Notes: generated from the sequence alone by a model not told the origin. Shown: positions 44,329 to 58,870, numbered from the stretch's first letter. The stretch: DNA of 64,000 bases from Eledone cirrhosa (GCA_964016885.1 OZ024742.1:98456001-98520000), one strand, 5' to 3'. Translations and numbers: made by a program.

Positions 44329-44519
44329 AATAAACCTTTCAAGGATTTACACAAATCCAGCCTCCTGTCATTTCATTATAATATTTAACTCCGTAATAGC
44401 ACCACCAACTACAAAAACAAAGACGGTTGAACTGCTTTACGTTGAGTACTATCTATATTGTTGCATTACGATTGACCATACGGAATAGACCAGCTCTATA
44501 CAGTGGTGAACCTCAAACC

Positions 44520-44556
<37 letters not shown>

Positions 44557-44559
<3 letters not shown>

Positions 44560-44795
44560 AATGAAAGGACTACAAAGGAGAATATATACGGTCAGAACAT
44601 GTTTATATAAAAGTACCTACGTACGTTTCGCCCAAAAAGGGCTTCTCAAGGGCATAGAAAACTACAGAGTGTTCAGTACAGGACACAGAAGGGGTTTTAA
44701 TGTGATACATACATCAAAGTTCATTCTTAGTTCAAACATACATGTTGGTATTGACACAGAACAAGGGGAGTAACTCTGGCCGGTGTTTGAATAGT
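44557..44795 (-). mobile_element. Inverted copy of the 43718-43956 pLTR segment, with HHR variant at 44614-44654
   Basis: Near-identical mirror ORFs 43740-43952(-) and 44561-44773(+) in the ORF track. Confidence 0.85.
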
Positions 44796-45071
44796 ATATA
44801 TATATATATATATCTTTCCATTGGAAATTCTCTGGATTTCCAATTTTTGGAATGGTGAAACCGTCGGTAACAGCAATAGAACAGGTGGTTATTTAAATCG
44901 TTTTTTAATTTATTTAGAGAATTGTTTGATAACCGCTTGCTCCGCTCTTTTTATATGGTTCTGGTATCTTAAATTAGTAGCATCGAACCACAATTATTAT
45001 AAACATCTTGCATATTTCTACAAGTACTTAGTGCCTGTTGAAGTATTCATCCACTTTTATATATATATATA

Positions 45072-45107
<36 letters not shown>

Positions 45108-46768
45108 TGTGTGTGTCTTTGCCTGTCTGTGTCTGTGTGTGTATGTGTGCGTGTGTGTGGCTGTGTGTGTGTATGTGTGCCTGTGTGTATATATCTGTGT
45201 GTGTTATATTAACAACATGACCGTATTCAAGTTTGGTATTTATTTTATTTAGATTGTATTTATTATCTAAAATACATTTGCCAAGACTGCTCCGTCACAT
45301 TCCAGTAACTGAAACAAGTAAAATAATTCTGGTTTGTTAACTGAACTTAATGTTTACCGAATTTTCCGATATCGCGTGTAGTTTGTAAGTTGCAGTGTGC
45401 CACTAACTACACTATTTGTTACAACTTACTACTATCCCATTCAATACCTTTGGACATTATAATCTTTATTTTCGTTTTCGTTATCGCCATCATTATCACG
45501 ACATTATTACTTCTATCCCCATGAAGATGATCAGCATCATCACTTCTTCATTACCACCGCTGCTAGTAGTAGCAGCAGCCCCACCACTACCACTACCATC
45601 ATCAGCATCCTCCTCCACAACCACTTATATCATTTATATCACTATCACTAACGCATAATACGATGTAAGTCGCTGGTGTTTTCCTGTCGATCGACCATCT
45701 GGAATGAAGCAGATCATTTGCTTGTCAAACACATTCTTTCTAGGATTGCATTATCCACTGAATGTTTCATCCTTTTAAGATGGTTGGATGTGATTTGAGG
45801 AGGAATTGTGTTCTAGGAACATATTGACACTAATAAGAAGACGTTTCATCATAACATGCAACTACCACAATATTTTCAACAAAAACAAGCAAAGACAGTG
45901 ACACATGCGACACCCAAATTTCCCACAATTTTTGAAGCCTTAAAAATAATAAATATTTCAGCACCCCTACAGCTGAAATACAATTTCAGATATATATCCG
46001 CAAGCCAGCTTCCGTATAAAATATAAGTAATAACAGAAAATATGTTGATAGGTCTTACAGGGAAAGCTTTAAAATGCAGGTATTCACAGCGCATGCCTTC
46101 ATTCAAAACTGGGGAGAGAATCATTTCAACATATCTATCTTAAAAAAAAGTGGATTCCACAAACCACCAATAACTTAGAGTATCGTTCAAAATGACATGG
46201 CATAGCTATCACATAGCTTTGATCATAGCAATGGTGCGAGAGCATTATCGGATGAAATCTATAATATACTAACCTAACATAGTTGTTTAAAGCTGTCAAA
46301 TCTACCGGAAGTTCCCGTTGCTTTCCTCTATTATGTTGTAAGCTGCGTGTCACTTGTCACAAAACAGAATATTTAAATAATATTTTAAGTGACATGAAAA
46401 TAACTCTGAATAGATAGTGAGAAACTGTTGCTGTGACATTTCTGCTCTTTGTATAATTACGGTATGTTTAAATATCATCACACTTTCATTTTTAAATAGA
46501 ATATAAACTGCAGTATCTTCCTATTCAGCCCATAGAATCCTATAACGTATGCATAGTTAGGTAGTTATAATGTTCGTCTTGCAGTTATAAAGTTCCAGGT
46601 TCTTTCCCGTGGCCGGTATCGTTACCAAAACATCGGATAAACAAAACTATTATACGTGAAATTAGGTAGGCGGAAACAGTTAGAAGCTCGTTTAGTGGAT
46701 GTTGCTGTTAAGTGAAAGGTATAGGTTTGTTAAATATTGCGTGATGCTGATTAAGCTAAGAGTACATG

Positions 46769-47437
46769 TTTAACGAAAGGTAATATTTAAAGTTAGAATG
46801 TGTATAGGATGGTTATTTAGATATGTATAGATTAGATATGTTGGTTATTTAGTTGTTATGATAATAACAATGTTGTTAGAAGAGATAACATGAATATAAT
46901 ATGAATAAATGTAATAACGAGAAATAGGAATATAAAGAATATAAGAATATTAAGATTTGATTATATATAGTTTACTTCGCGTTCATTAAAAGGTACAATA
47001 AACAAGTTACCATAAGTTGCAAAGATTGACAATATTATTTTGTTGTTGATATGTAGGCTGTTGTTGTTGTTGGTGATAAAACAGCGAGTTACAGATAACT
47101 GTTGTTGTTGGAATTCGTGGTGATAGTTGTTAGACCGTGTTAGTAAGAGAGTATGGTATGTATAGCTCTGAATGTTCCAATCTATGTGTGTGTATCTGTA
47201 GATTTCATGGGGTCTGTTGGTAGACAAAAGGGGCCTGTTGATAGCAGTAATCCTTGCATAGTTAGTTGTATATCCTATCGCTTCGATTTCTCTGTGTGGA
47301 AAGGCTTGTACATGGTCTGTATATAGCTGTCACTTCCTGTCCCCCAACCTGAACTTGTTAACACAATAAATGTGGTGATCTAAAATTTGATCTCTAGGTA
47401 TCACCCAAAATTAAAGGGGCAGACAGATTTCGCTACA
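46769..47437 (+). mobile_element. LTR-like direct repeat, copy 1
   Basis: ~670 bp shared with 48500-49167. Contains ctgtatatag and aataaa, and ends ...cgctaCA. Confidence 0.6.
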
Positions 47438-47740
47438 TTAGTTCCCTACCCAGATCGATGCTGGAGTAGCGATCGATTATAAAAGGGGTAGTGGAATCTG
47501 ATTCCTAGCAGCATGTCTCAAAACACACAAAATGTGGGTACTGCGCCCACACTTCGAGTGTAGAGAAATTTGGAGAGAGAAAAAAAATAGTATGACTGAG
47601 TATGCATGTGTGTGTCTAACATTTAGAAGGAACTGTAAAAATACAAAAAGTTGTGGTCATGTATTTCGAACTGTTGTGTATGGAGGGATGTGTTACGGTA
47701 TCGGATTACGATATGACAACACAGAGGATTATTTCTCTCG

Positions 47741-48045
47741 ATGTATCATCATACGTAAGATTCTCTTCGGTGAGTCGAGGTTTACGCTATGAGATGAGTG
47801 TGTGTAATCTTGAGTTTGCATGCTCAGTGAGTCGAGCAATAAAGTAACCGTGGTTTGATTATCATGTGTTAAATAGCTATTATCGAACCTTGACCAAATG
47901 AATCTCCATGTATTATCATACGTAAGATTCTCTTCCCGTAAGTCGAGGTTTATGCTATGACATGAGTGTGCTCAGTGAGTCGAGCTAAAAGTAACCGTTG
48001 GCTGATTATCATGTGTTACATAGCTTTCGCTGTACCTTGACCAGT
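47741..48045 (+). repeat. Imperfect tandem duplication (~140-165 bp x2)
   Basis: atcatacgtaagattctcttc..agtcgaggttta..ctcagtgagtcgagc..accttgacca occurs twice. Confidence 0.8.
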
Positions 48046-48499
48046 CGAAAAGTGATCCCGCAGAGACCCAACCGAATCCAGAATATACCACAGACAAAAA
48101 CATTTTGGTGTGTGACAAGGAAAATGAGGTGTGTTTGATGTAAAACATGTTATTAATACAGGCATATAATACAGTAAAACGAATAATAAAAAATATATAT
48201 ATAAAATACATACATATACAAACTGTAAAAAAAAAATGTTTATAATTGTTCTTTAAAAGAATAAAGTTCGATTTTCTCTTCCCTATGTGATGGTTTTCTT
48301 GCTAGGAAGATAGTAGTAATTGTCCATTGTTATTGGTGGAGATTACGAAGCAAGTGAAAGTGTTTGGTAACTGTCTATTGCTGAGGTTTACAAAGAAAAA
48401 ACCATGACCAGATCAAAAAGGCTGCGTCTAATTTAAAGAAGAAAAAAAATACCATTTCGTTTTTGTTTTTAATTTTTTTTTTAAACGTCAGGTCACCAA

Positions 48500-49167
48500 T
48501 TTAACGAAATGTAATATTTAAAGTTAGAATGTGTATAGGATGGTTATTTAGATATGTATAGATTAGATATGTTGGTTATTTAGTTGTTTTGATAATAACA
48601 ATGTTGTTAGAAGAGATAACATGAATATAATATGAATAAATGTAATAACGAGAAATAGGAATATAAAGGATATAAGAATATTAAGATTTGATTATATATA
48701 GTTTACTTCGCGTGAATTAAAAGGTACAATAGACAAGTTACCATAAGTTGCAAAGATTGACAATATTATTTTGTTGTTGATGTGTAGGCTGTGGTTGTTG
48801 TTGGTGATAAAACAGCGAGTTACAGATAATTGTTGTTGTTGTTGGAATTCGTGGTAATAGTTGTTTGATCGTGTTAGTAAGAGAGTATGGTATGTATAGC
48901 TCTGAATGGCCTGTAGTAACTGAGGTTCCAATCTCTGTGTGTGTATATGTAGACTTCATGGGGTCTGTTGGTAGACCAAAGGTGTCTGTTGATAGCAGTA
49001 CTCCTTACATAGTTAGTTGTATATCCTATCGCTTCGATGTACGCGGTCTGTATATAGCTGTCACTTCCTGTCCCCCAACCTGAACTTGTTAACACAATAA
49101 ATGTGGTGACCTAAAATTAGATCTCTAGGTATCACCCAAAGTTCAAGGCGCGGACAGATTTCGCAAC
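48500..49167 (+). mobile_element. LTR-like direct repeat, copy 2
   Basis: TGtaatatttaaagttag start at 48510. Several indels relative to copy 1. Confidence 0.6.
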
Positions 49168-49942
49168 TATTATGTAGTCAGATATTTAGACGCTAAATAA
49201 TAGGATTGAGTGATCATTGTCGAAGGCAACGGATGATCCATCCGCATACATTCGATTTCATTTAGGTAAAGTTGGAAATATTTATCATTTAAGTTATGGT
49301 TGCGTTAGCAGGGAATTGTTTTGGGGTCATTACTTCTGGTTCAAAATCTTCAATCGTTCCCAGGTTTCCAGATTGAAACGATGATAAAATCATGTGTTTA
49401 ATAAATCTGTACAACAGTGTGGGACCTTGGGAAAATATCGTCTACCAAAATTAAAGCAAACCATTTTAGTAAGAAAAATAGGGAGAGAGAACTAGTGAAA
49501 AGCTCGTATAAAACAATGGCCTGACAACCAGACGCTTCGTGCTTTTTGCAGTCTTCACTTCGATGTAAACATTCAGAGTTTGAACAGAACTGAAAACATT
49601 CAACTGACCCGAAAATGGGCCGTTCAACTAAAGGATGATAAAATATTAAGGTTGAAGATAGTGCCTTGCTTATAGAGACTGATATTATTAAAATACATAA
49701 CCAGATGATTTAAATATTTTCTGGTTTCCTCTTCTGCAAACTAAGTGTTGTGGTTAGCATAACTGTATTCGATACTTGTATGTATGTATGTATGTATGTA
49801 TGTATGTATGTATGTATGTATGTATGTATGTATGTATGTATACATGTATGTATGGATGGATTATATCTGCATATGGGTGCGAATGTATATATATGTATAT
49901 ATACACACTTACATACATATATACCCATATATACATACAAAC

Positions 49943-49995
<53 letters not shown>

Positions 49996-50003
49996 TGCAT
50001 ATG

Positions 50004-50040
<37 letters not shown>

Positions 50041-50103
50041 TTTATATATATATATATATATATACATACATTTATATAATACATATATATATAGAGAGAG
50101 AGA

Positions 50104-50184
<81 letters not shown>

Positions 50185-50192
50185 TATATATA

Positions 50193-50272
50193 TTTATTTT
50201 ACGTTTATTTTCGTCCTGTTTTTGTCGACTATTTTTTATTTCTATTTACCCTCTCAGTATTTTCATATATAT

Positions 50273-50308
<36 letters not shown>

Positions 50309-50383
50309 GAAAATACTGAGAGGGTAAATAGAAATAAAAAAAGTAGTCGACAAAAACAGGACGAAAATAAACGTAAAATAAAT
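50193..50383. repeat. ~80-bp inverted repeat around a (TA)n spacer
   Basis: tttacgtttattttcgtcctgtttttgtcgacta..taccctctcagtattttcat vs atgaaaatactgagagggta..tagtcgacaaaaacaggacgaaaataaacgtaaa. Confidence 0.85.
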
Positions 50384-50603
50384 ATAAAAATGAAGAGAAA
50401 AAAAAAGAAAGAAAGATAGAACGAAAGAAAATAAGATGAATGAAAAAAATTAACAAAATATAGGGTTTGAAGAGAAAATTGAAATTCTACTCGGGCAGAA
50501 CATTTCAAATTCTAACGGAAATTTTTATCTTGATGTCATGTCAACTTTCTAGATGTTCATCTGATTGTTTTTATTGTTGTCTTTTATACTAGTAGTAGTA
50601 TTA

Positions 50604-50682
<79 letters not shown>

Positions 50683-50905
50683 ATGCTGCTGTTGCTGTTG
50701 TTGCTGCTCTTATTGCTGTTGCTACTTCAACTAATACTAATACTATTGCTACAGATAAAGATTTTAGTACTTACGCCGCTGCTGCCGCCATGACAACGAC
50801 TACCACCAGCTTCATCACAATCATCATTACCATCATCACCATCATCATCAACACCATCATCAACAACACCATTATCATCATCTGCATTATCGTCATCACC
50901 CTCAC
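50604..50905. repeat. (ACT)n then (GCT)/(CAT) microsatellite tract
   Basis: Direct reading. Confidence 0.9.
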
Positions 50906-53900
50906 TTTCAACTGAGTCAAAGCTGTCAGATCCACGCCATTTGTAGAAGAATCTATGCAAATATGGAATAAAAGAGAGAAAGATTTTAAAAATTCAATCT
51001 CTATACAAGGATGTAGATGGGCCTTTAGGACTTGGAAGTAAATTTACTAATGATGGACACCTCAAATATGCTTTATGTGTGAACAATACGTACATGGTTA
51101 GGACATACTGCAGTATATCGAAGTGAAATTCTGCCAAAAGCCTTGCTATGATTGCGAAGCCAAACTTACGTTAAGATATACTGTGGATCGTTAAAGTTAA
51201 CGACTGCCAAACAAGACAAGTAAGCATACATATAACCATACGTCTTGCTACAAGTACCAGCCAAATAATGTGACGACGATTCCCTGCCGTGTTGATGATG
51301 ATTCCTTTGTTGGTTTCGGGGATGTGTATTCAGGTGTTCGATGAACAAAACGTTCGATTTTATTAATTAATGAGTAATTGAATATTCCACAGAATAAATA
51401 TTTGAATAATTAGCAGAATCAACATAACAGAGATTGCGCTTTCGATACAGTTAATATATCTAATTCAATTTTCCCGGCCCAACGTTAAGCTGAAACATAC
51501 TATCCTGAATAACATGCATTGGGATCGATTCCGCGTTATCACGAGTCCGACACATCCCTCTGAACCACTCAGCTATGCCCACGTTCCTATCAACACATTG
51601 TATAAGGTAGTCTTAGCTAGGGTATATCTCAACAGAAAAGGCGGGATCGCATATATCACAACACCTTTGACCATAAGTATGAATGTTTGATCAGGGACGT
51701 ATGTTTGATCCAACGACCAGCCATCAGTTGGGGTGGCCACTCATAATGCTAGAATTAGCAAACAATAACTATCTCGGGTCACACCTTACTATTTCAAGAA
51801 ACGGTAAAAAATTGTGGATTGAAGCATAGCTGATGGTTTAGAATGTTCGATGGACTCATTACTTACCGAGTTCGATCCCACAGCGGGAAATATTGTGCAA
51901 ATTTACTGATATAGACTCAAGAGGTAGAAGTATAATTGGGTAGGGGGAAACTATAGAAGACTGGTTCATCAATTTTACCTGCTATTCAAAGGAATAATCT
52001 TCCATCAAATAGTGTCATAGTAATTCTGCCAGTGAATAACGTTATGAGTATACGTCTCTGTAGAATACACAGCCACTCACAAGTTATTTTTAGGAACTAG
52101 ACGTTCAGTTGATCAAACAACTAAATGGTCATCTTCGAAACCGATGGAATATCCATCATCATTATCATGTCCCAAAAAATAAACATAACTGCCTCCACCG
52201 GAATATGTTACGATATAGGCCTACTGGCTCAGAGATTTCCTTAGACTAAATCACAATAGGATCATTCAATTAAAAGGAGTATTTTGGTGTTATAATTTTT
52301 CTTATGTCCTGAATACAAATCAGAGCAACCCACAAAAAGCTACACAAGAAACCAAATATCAAAATTTGTCTTATCGCATGCTGTGCAAAGACAATAAAAC
52401 AAAATATTACAAATTGAAAGATTGCTTGAAACTGCGGGTGTTCTGTTTGTTGCCATAGCAGTTCCTAACCCAACTAGTCACCGTCACTACATATAGAATA
52501 ACTGCTCAACTCTCAAATATATCTACACCAAAATACTGAAAGAGATGTATCTCGCTTAATCTAAAGAGGAGAAATATAGTGTGCAGACAAAATGATAATC
52601 AAAGTTACATATGATGAATACATAAGAACAACAATTATTTTGCCCCGCCAAAATGTGTATCTTTGAGATTATAACCAGAGCATACAGATATAAGATATGT
52701 CTGGGCAACAGATGAAATGAAGGATACATAGAATTCCATAATGCACTCCCTTTTAATAAACAATTGTTTTTGAATGCGCAGTCGTAACGTCAATCAGACA
52801 GAGGCATGGAATATCTGAATTATGGCGTCTATGAAAGATTTCTCAGTCTGCCAATCAAAGAGCTAACAGTCCAGAACTTGGCTGTGTCACTGCTGGTTTG
52901 GGTTATGGGACAGTACTACCAGGCCTCAAATAATGAGTTTTCAGATATCATATAATACAGTATTTAGTTTTATCTACCTATATGCTATGGTCAAGCTTTT
53001 CACTAGTCAATTCTTCCTCTCATTCATCTACGCATACATATGTTTCTACACCAATGAATATAGCTCCATATTTAAAACAGAATAAGAGATATTTAAAATT
53101 CTTCGAAAATATATTTGAACTTTAATATACATAGAGAAGTATATATATTCAATAAAGGCTTTGGCCCTTTTTTATGTATAGGAATGGCAAAAACAGATTT
53201 TCAAGAAATGAAAACCAGCCTCACAAGCATGAAATTGTCATTTAACATTAAAATACAAAGATGCCACTCTACATTATACCAATATCTACATAAGATTGTG
53301 AACCTCGGACTATATATAAACAGAATGCTGTAGAAATATGGCTCCGGCGAAGAAACGACAAACAAAATTTTGAATAGATAGTGAGACGAAAATCCCTGGA
53401 ACATCTGGTAGCAGCAGGAACGTCTATAGAACGAGGAGTAGAGGCAGATAAATGTTATAGCTAATGGATGCAACAGATAAGAAAATAACCGCATTCCACA
53501 TTGTCATATAGTGTAACAGATGAGTAGACATGATCACCTACAGTGAAAAGTATAGAATCTGCTTGAATAAGTTAAAAAGATCATGCTAAAACATTATTAT
53601 TTTATCAGTTAGTGGTAACTACGAGTAGAAAATAGATGTTGTATTGTTACCTAGGTTATACCTTGCCTGTTATATGGAGTTAATATTGCATGCATGACAA
53701 GTGTACAAACGGAACAGAAAAGCCTGTTATATCATGTGTCAAAAAAATAGGAATATTCCAGAGTAATATCAATAGTACTTTGCACTACTGCCACCGTGTT
53801 ACTGTTGGAAAATTACAAATTCCTTTGCTTTTCAGTGAATTGATGATGATCATTCTCTATGCAGATTTTGTGTTTATAAATGTGTCCAGGGAGGAGGCGC

Positions 53901-55201
53901 TGTGCCCATATACTTTGCAAATACAACCATGTTAACATATTAATTAAGGCATATTAATACCGTGTTAATTATATGATTTTGTTTTATTTGTTCCAACTAT
54001 AATATGACTATCACGATAGTTGTCATGTCATGGTTTTTACGTCAATTTGTTTTGTATGAGGGACGGATTTACAACGTCAGCGTCAATCTCTTGTCGAATC
54101 CTAAGTTAACCCATAGATAAAATCGAAATAAAAAATGTTCTAATGTACGCCTGGGAGACCCAAAGGTCAATATTACCTCATCGTGTACTTAGTAGGCCAT
54201 ATCCATTATCAAAATATTCATTTCGACCGTTCGATATATGCAACTAGGCACACTAGCTAACCAATCTTGTGAAACCCATAGACTACATTGACCTGATTTA
54301 GTTTGGCTGTGAAGCAGAAATGCCTCTGTGTGGCCGCCAGGCAGGCTACAGCCTCTAGGACGGACAGGTCTTTGCTGAGACCTAGGTAGGGAATTATGGT
54401 GGACGATTTGATCCTGATGGAACTCGACAAGTGCATTGTCGGAGGTACAACACCCAGATCAGCTTCCAGCCACTATAAATAATTACATAATAGTAGGGAC
54501 ATCGTCGCTTTTTACGATGTGTATTTCATTTGTTTAAATAACAGAGCAGCCTGCTCACGAAATTATTATGCAAATGACTGTTATGAGGCTGGCCATTTCA
54601 AGTATAAATGCATTCTAACCGATGAGCTAGCAAACCATTTCTGTAAACTTAATTTCACTTAAAACTTACCCAAGATGCTACGCAGTAAATTATTAATACG
54701 AAGCGAGCTTACTAACGATTCGGAAAAACTAAACATACTGAAATATATTACTGACAGCATGCTACTTTCTGACTTGAAATCCTGGCAGAGACAAATTTGC
54801 ATTTTAGCCGTTTGAGTGTGATGAAATTAAGTACCAGTAAACTACTGGTATTGATTAACTCAACTCAGTTATTTGCTTTGCCAAAAATCTTATCAGTTAT
54901 CAAAGTTTGAAAAATAACAAAATCAACAATAATGATACGTTAATGCATTTCTGCGAATCCGTTACAGGAGTCATGTGAATACAATAAAATACATGCTAAT
55001 ACTGCATTAAAGTCGTGTTAACTTCAATGAATTAAATACATGTTAATACTAAACTATGAAAGAGATGTTAATATGTTAATTGAGAAATCAAATACAATAT
55101 TTCAATTTGATTTCCTACTTTGATATAAAGTTTCACAGCTGGTTTAGAAGTGCGTCAGATTATTTGAAATATTTATCCTTGTATATCTACATACCCCACC
55201 C

Positions 55202-55244
<43 letters not shown>

Positions 55245-55534
55245 CATATATGTGTGTGTGTGTGTGTATACTATGTATATATAAATTACATAATGCATAA
55301 TATATATATATATATATATATTATTTGTAGAATGTTTCATCTCTAATTGATAACAGAGTAAATAACCATAATTCGATAAAATTTCTGGAGTGTTTGGACA
55401 AGTTTTCCATATTTGATTCTCTGTATATATCTCTCTCGCTCACTCACACATTCGCTCATTCCTAATCACACACCCATACCCAACCCATACCCCCTCACCC
55501 ACACACACACACACTCTCTCTCTCTCTCTCTCTC

Positions 55535-55584
<50 letters not shown>

Positions 55585-55671
55585 CATATACATATCTATC
55601 TATATATATATATATATAGGAATAATAATAATAATAATAATAATAACAATAATAGTAACAATAATGATAAT

Positions 55672-56169
55672 GAGAAGTGGTATGAGCATAAGCCAGAGTC
55701 GGTGATAGAAAGCGATCAGGTGAAGGTGCTATGGGATTTTAGGATACAGACGGACAAGAAATTAGAACACAATAGGCCTGACCTGGGGGTTTTGGACAAG
55801 GAAAAGAGATCGTGCCTGATTGTAGATGTAGCCTGTCCATTTAACACGAGAGTCCAAGAAAAGGAGAGGGAGAAAAATTAACCGATACCAGGACTTAAAG
55901 TGGGAGTTAAAAAGGATTTGGAACTGCCATGAAGTCAAAGTCGTCCCGATTGTCATACGCGCACTAGATACTATCTCGAAGAGTTTCCAAGGGTGGTTAA
56001 AAAAAATTAGTCCAGCCCCGCTTTTTGGAACACTTCAAAAGGCATGCTTGCTGGGAAAAGCAAGAATCCTACGATACGTCCTGAATATCTGAGGCTGCAG
56101 GTAGCGGCTTGATATTCATTTCAACTAACTTTTCAGTTAAATAACCTCAAAGACTGAGACACAAAGAAC

Positions 56170-56223
<54 letters not shown>
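55672..56223 (+). mobile_element. 3' end of a Dong/R4-clade non-LTR retrotransposon (restriction-like endonuclease) in (TAA)n
   Basis: 55672-56092 translates EKWYEHKPESVIESDQVKVLWDFRIQTDKKLEHNRPDLGVLDKEKRSCLIVDVACPF..EK/(frameshift)RYQDLKWELKRIW..VVPIVI..LQKACLLGKARILRYVLNI*. PD-D/E RLE motif. (AAT)n on both sides. Confidence 0.9.
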
Positions 56224-56224
<1 letters not shown>

Positions 56225-56277
56225 TATATGAAGACTAAGATCCCGTTAAGGGGGAAAGCAGCGATTATTTGCTTAAA

Positions 56278-56337
<60 letters not shown>

Positions 56338-56386
56338 TAACAGATTAAAGTTTAAGCAAAGAATCGCTGCTTTAAGCAAAGAATCG

Positions 56387-56464
<78 letters not shown>

Positions 56465-56685
56465 TTACGTAATACACACATACACACGCAAAAATACTTA
56501 CATGTATATAATTATATATACATGACACATTATATTTAATTATATATATAGAGAGAGATATGTAGATCCCGACTTAAATCTGGGGTAACCATAGTAAATA
56601 ATTTACTCACTATATTAGTAGAGTGAACACATCAGATTTCAATGCAACTTATAAATGCAACGTCTTAAATTGTCACCCGGCAATA

Positions 56686-56730
56686 CTGATGATTTCAGAG
56701 AAATGGAATTGTCCTAGTCCTGTAGAAGTC
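56686..56730 (+). ncRNA. Decayed HHR related to family A
   Basis: ctgatgatttcagagaaatggaattgtcctagtcctgtagaag; GAAA is mutated. Confidence 0.4.
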
Positions 56731-57532
56731 GTCTCTATATTACATTTCGACATTACGTTTCCTCGTGGGAAGAAACGCCGTTCAGCGAAACTAAATTGAG
56801 CATTTTAGAGCCGCATACCGTCATGCGCATGCGTGGTTTTGGCGAGATTCATCGATACTACATCGGCAGTCAGACATAGTGCATGTAATGACAAAACGAG
56901 TGGAATAACAATATTACTTAATGTTTTGCCATATGCTTGGAGATACCTAATCAGAAAAAAACAATCACAAAATACAATAGGCTTTTGGTTGACAAGTGTG
57001 CTCCTGTAATAAAGAATAGTGTAAGAAGTTCAAGGCGTGACCCACATAGATAGAGAGTGACTAGCTTACACTGGAATAATCTCCACGCCATGGATGTTTT
57101 CCGGTTTTTTCCTTTTTCGTTTTTTTTTTTATCTTAGTCTCCTGAACCATAAACCCTATTAAACGAACCAGCGAGACAACATATACATCCCTTACCCCAT
57201 AAGAAAAAATAATACACACACACACATATCCATCACAGTTTCATTTTCATATCGATATATAGGCTTGCACAGAAATATACACACGTGGGTCACAAAGATC
57301 CATATCTATAAAGAGTAAACGTCGATGATGAGTGTCCCACTTGTTTGATCAACGGAAGATACTTCTTGTATATTTCACAGAAACATGTAACCTCAACGTA
57401 ATTATTTCTGATATTTATCATGACAATGGGTGAAAAAGACGGCAATTCGAATTGCTGGAAGAGTACAAGTAACGGCCTTCCAAGGCCATTGAATCGAACA
57501 TAACACCTTATGATTTTGAGTGATATTCTAAA

Positions 57533-57865
57533 CCAGAGATTTTCAAACTTTTGGGGTCAAAGCCCCCCTCACGGCCAGAAAATACCCTCAGCATCCCCAC
57601 ACAAATTTCCAAAGAGACCTATCTACACGCAAAATGCAAACAATATATAATAATTAACGTTGTTAATATATATATAATAATATATACTATGTATAAATAA
57701 ATATTGAATATATATATATATATATATATATTTTTACTATATTTAGATATATGTTTTTATATTATCTCTACTGTTCCCACGGCGTCCTATTAGGCCTCAG
57801 CGACTAATGTACGTTCCCAACGCCCTCTGGGTAGCGCATTGTCAATGTTGATAGAACCTCGGTGA
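57533..57865. mobile_element. Possible decayed hAT/Charlie-type MITE
   Basis: Left end cagagattttcaaacttttggggtcaaagccccc resembles Charlie-type termini. The right end is poorly preserved. Confidence 0.3.
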
Positions 57866-58870
57866 GAATGTTTGGGGTTTTGGGTCTGGCTCTCTGTAGT
57901 TGGAGTTCAATTCTGATTGTCGAAGTCGATAGAAATTTTACCAGTCCAGCACTGGGATTGATTCTTCCTCTGTATCTCTTTTTTCTCTTCCTACCTTTCT
58001 CTCTTTCTCTGAAAGATATCGGCTGTATACAGAGCTGGAAAGAGGATGGGCTCCAGCAGGATTTTAAAATGTCTAGCCTATGCAGTAGGCACATCAATGT
58101 TTTGAGCAGGAGTTACATACAGGCATACAAATAAGTTGCTCATTTAGTCGGGACGTTAGGGTACATATACAATATTATCTAGTATATATTTCGCATCTCT
58201 CTGCTCTGACTGCATATCCTCCCGAGGCCATCCTTTGCTTAAATCTTTTCGGGGGTCGATAAATAAATAGCAAATACAGTACTGAGGTCGATTAACTGCC
58301 CCCATTCCTCTTCCTGTGTATATCTCTCGCTAGAAGAACTCCCATATTGAGAGAGATAGGCACCATCAAGTATAATACCCAAGAGATTTGACCAGACGAC
58401 TCCCACCGACTCCGTTAGGAGTTATGGGAAAACTGACAAGATATACACATAGGCAAATACAAGCATACACATCTCTATATTCACAAATATATATAATTAT
58501 TCTCGGCTACACTCACATATAGTTAGTGAAACTCACAATATATACACACATACGCACAACACACCCACGTATGGACACATCAAACTCATACATATACACC
58601 CATACATTCACCCACACACACATATTTTTACTGATACATATATACATATTCATAAACACATATTCTAAACAACTCATACAACATCGACAAAAATTCGCAG
58701 CACTAAACGCATATGTCCATGCGCACATGCATATACACAAAATTACTCATATCTACACGTACACACAAACGCACACATACATACATTCTTCCTCAGACAC
58801 GCACACACAAACACATATATATATACATATATATACTGGCATTGATAAATATGCTGGGTCTGTCAACCCT

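Larger units (their letters stand above)
44001..44522. mobile_element. PLE fold-back, arms 44001-44170 / 44216-44383, plus tail
   Basis: Near-perfect ~168-bp inverted repeat with one HHR per arm. Tail aactccgt...gttgagtact. (TA)n on both sides. Confidence 0.85.
42898..45269. repeat. Outer inverted repeat (42898-43085 / 45070-45269) enclosing nested PLE remnants
   Basis: ataccaaacttgaatacggtcatg vs catgaccgtattcaagtttggtat. Confidence 0.75.
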
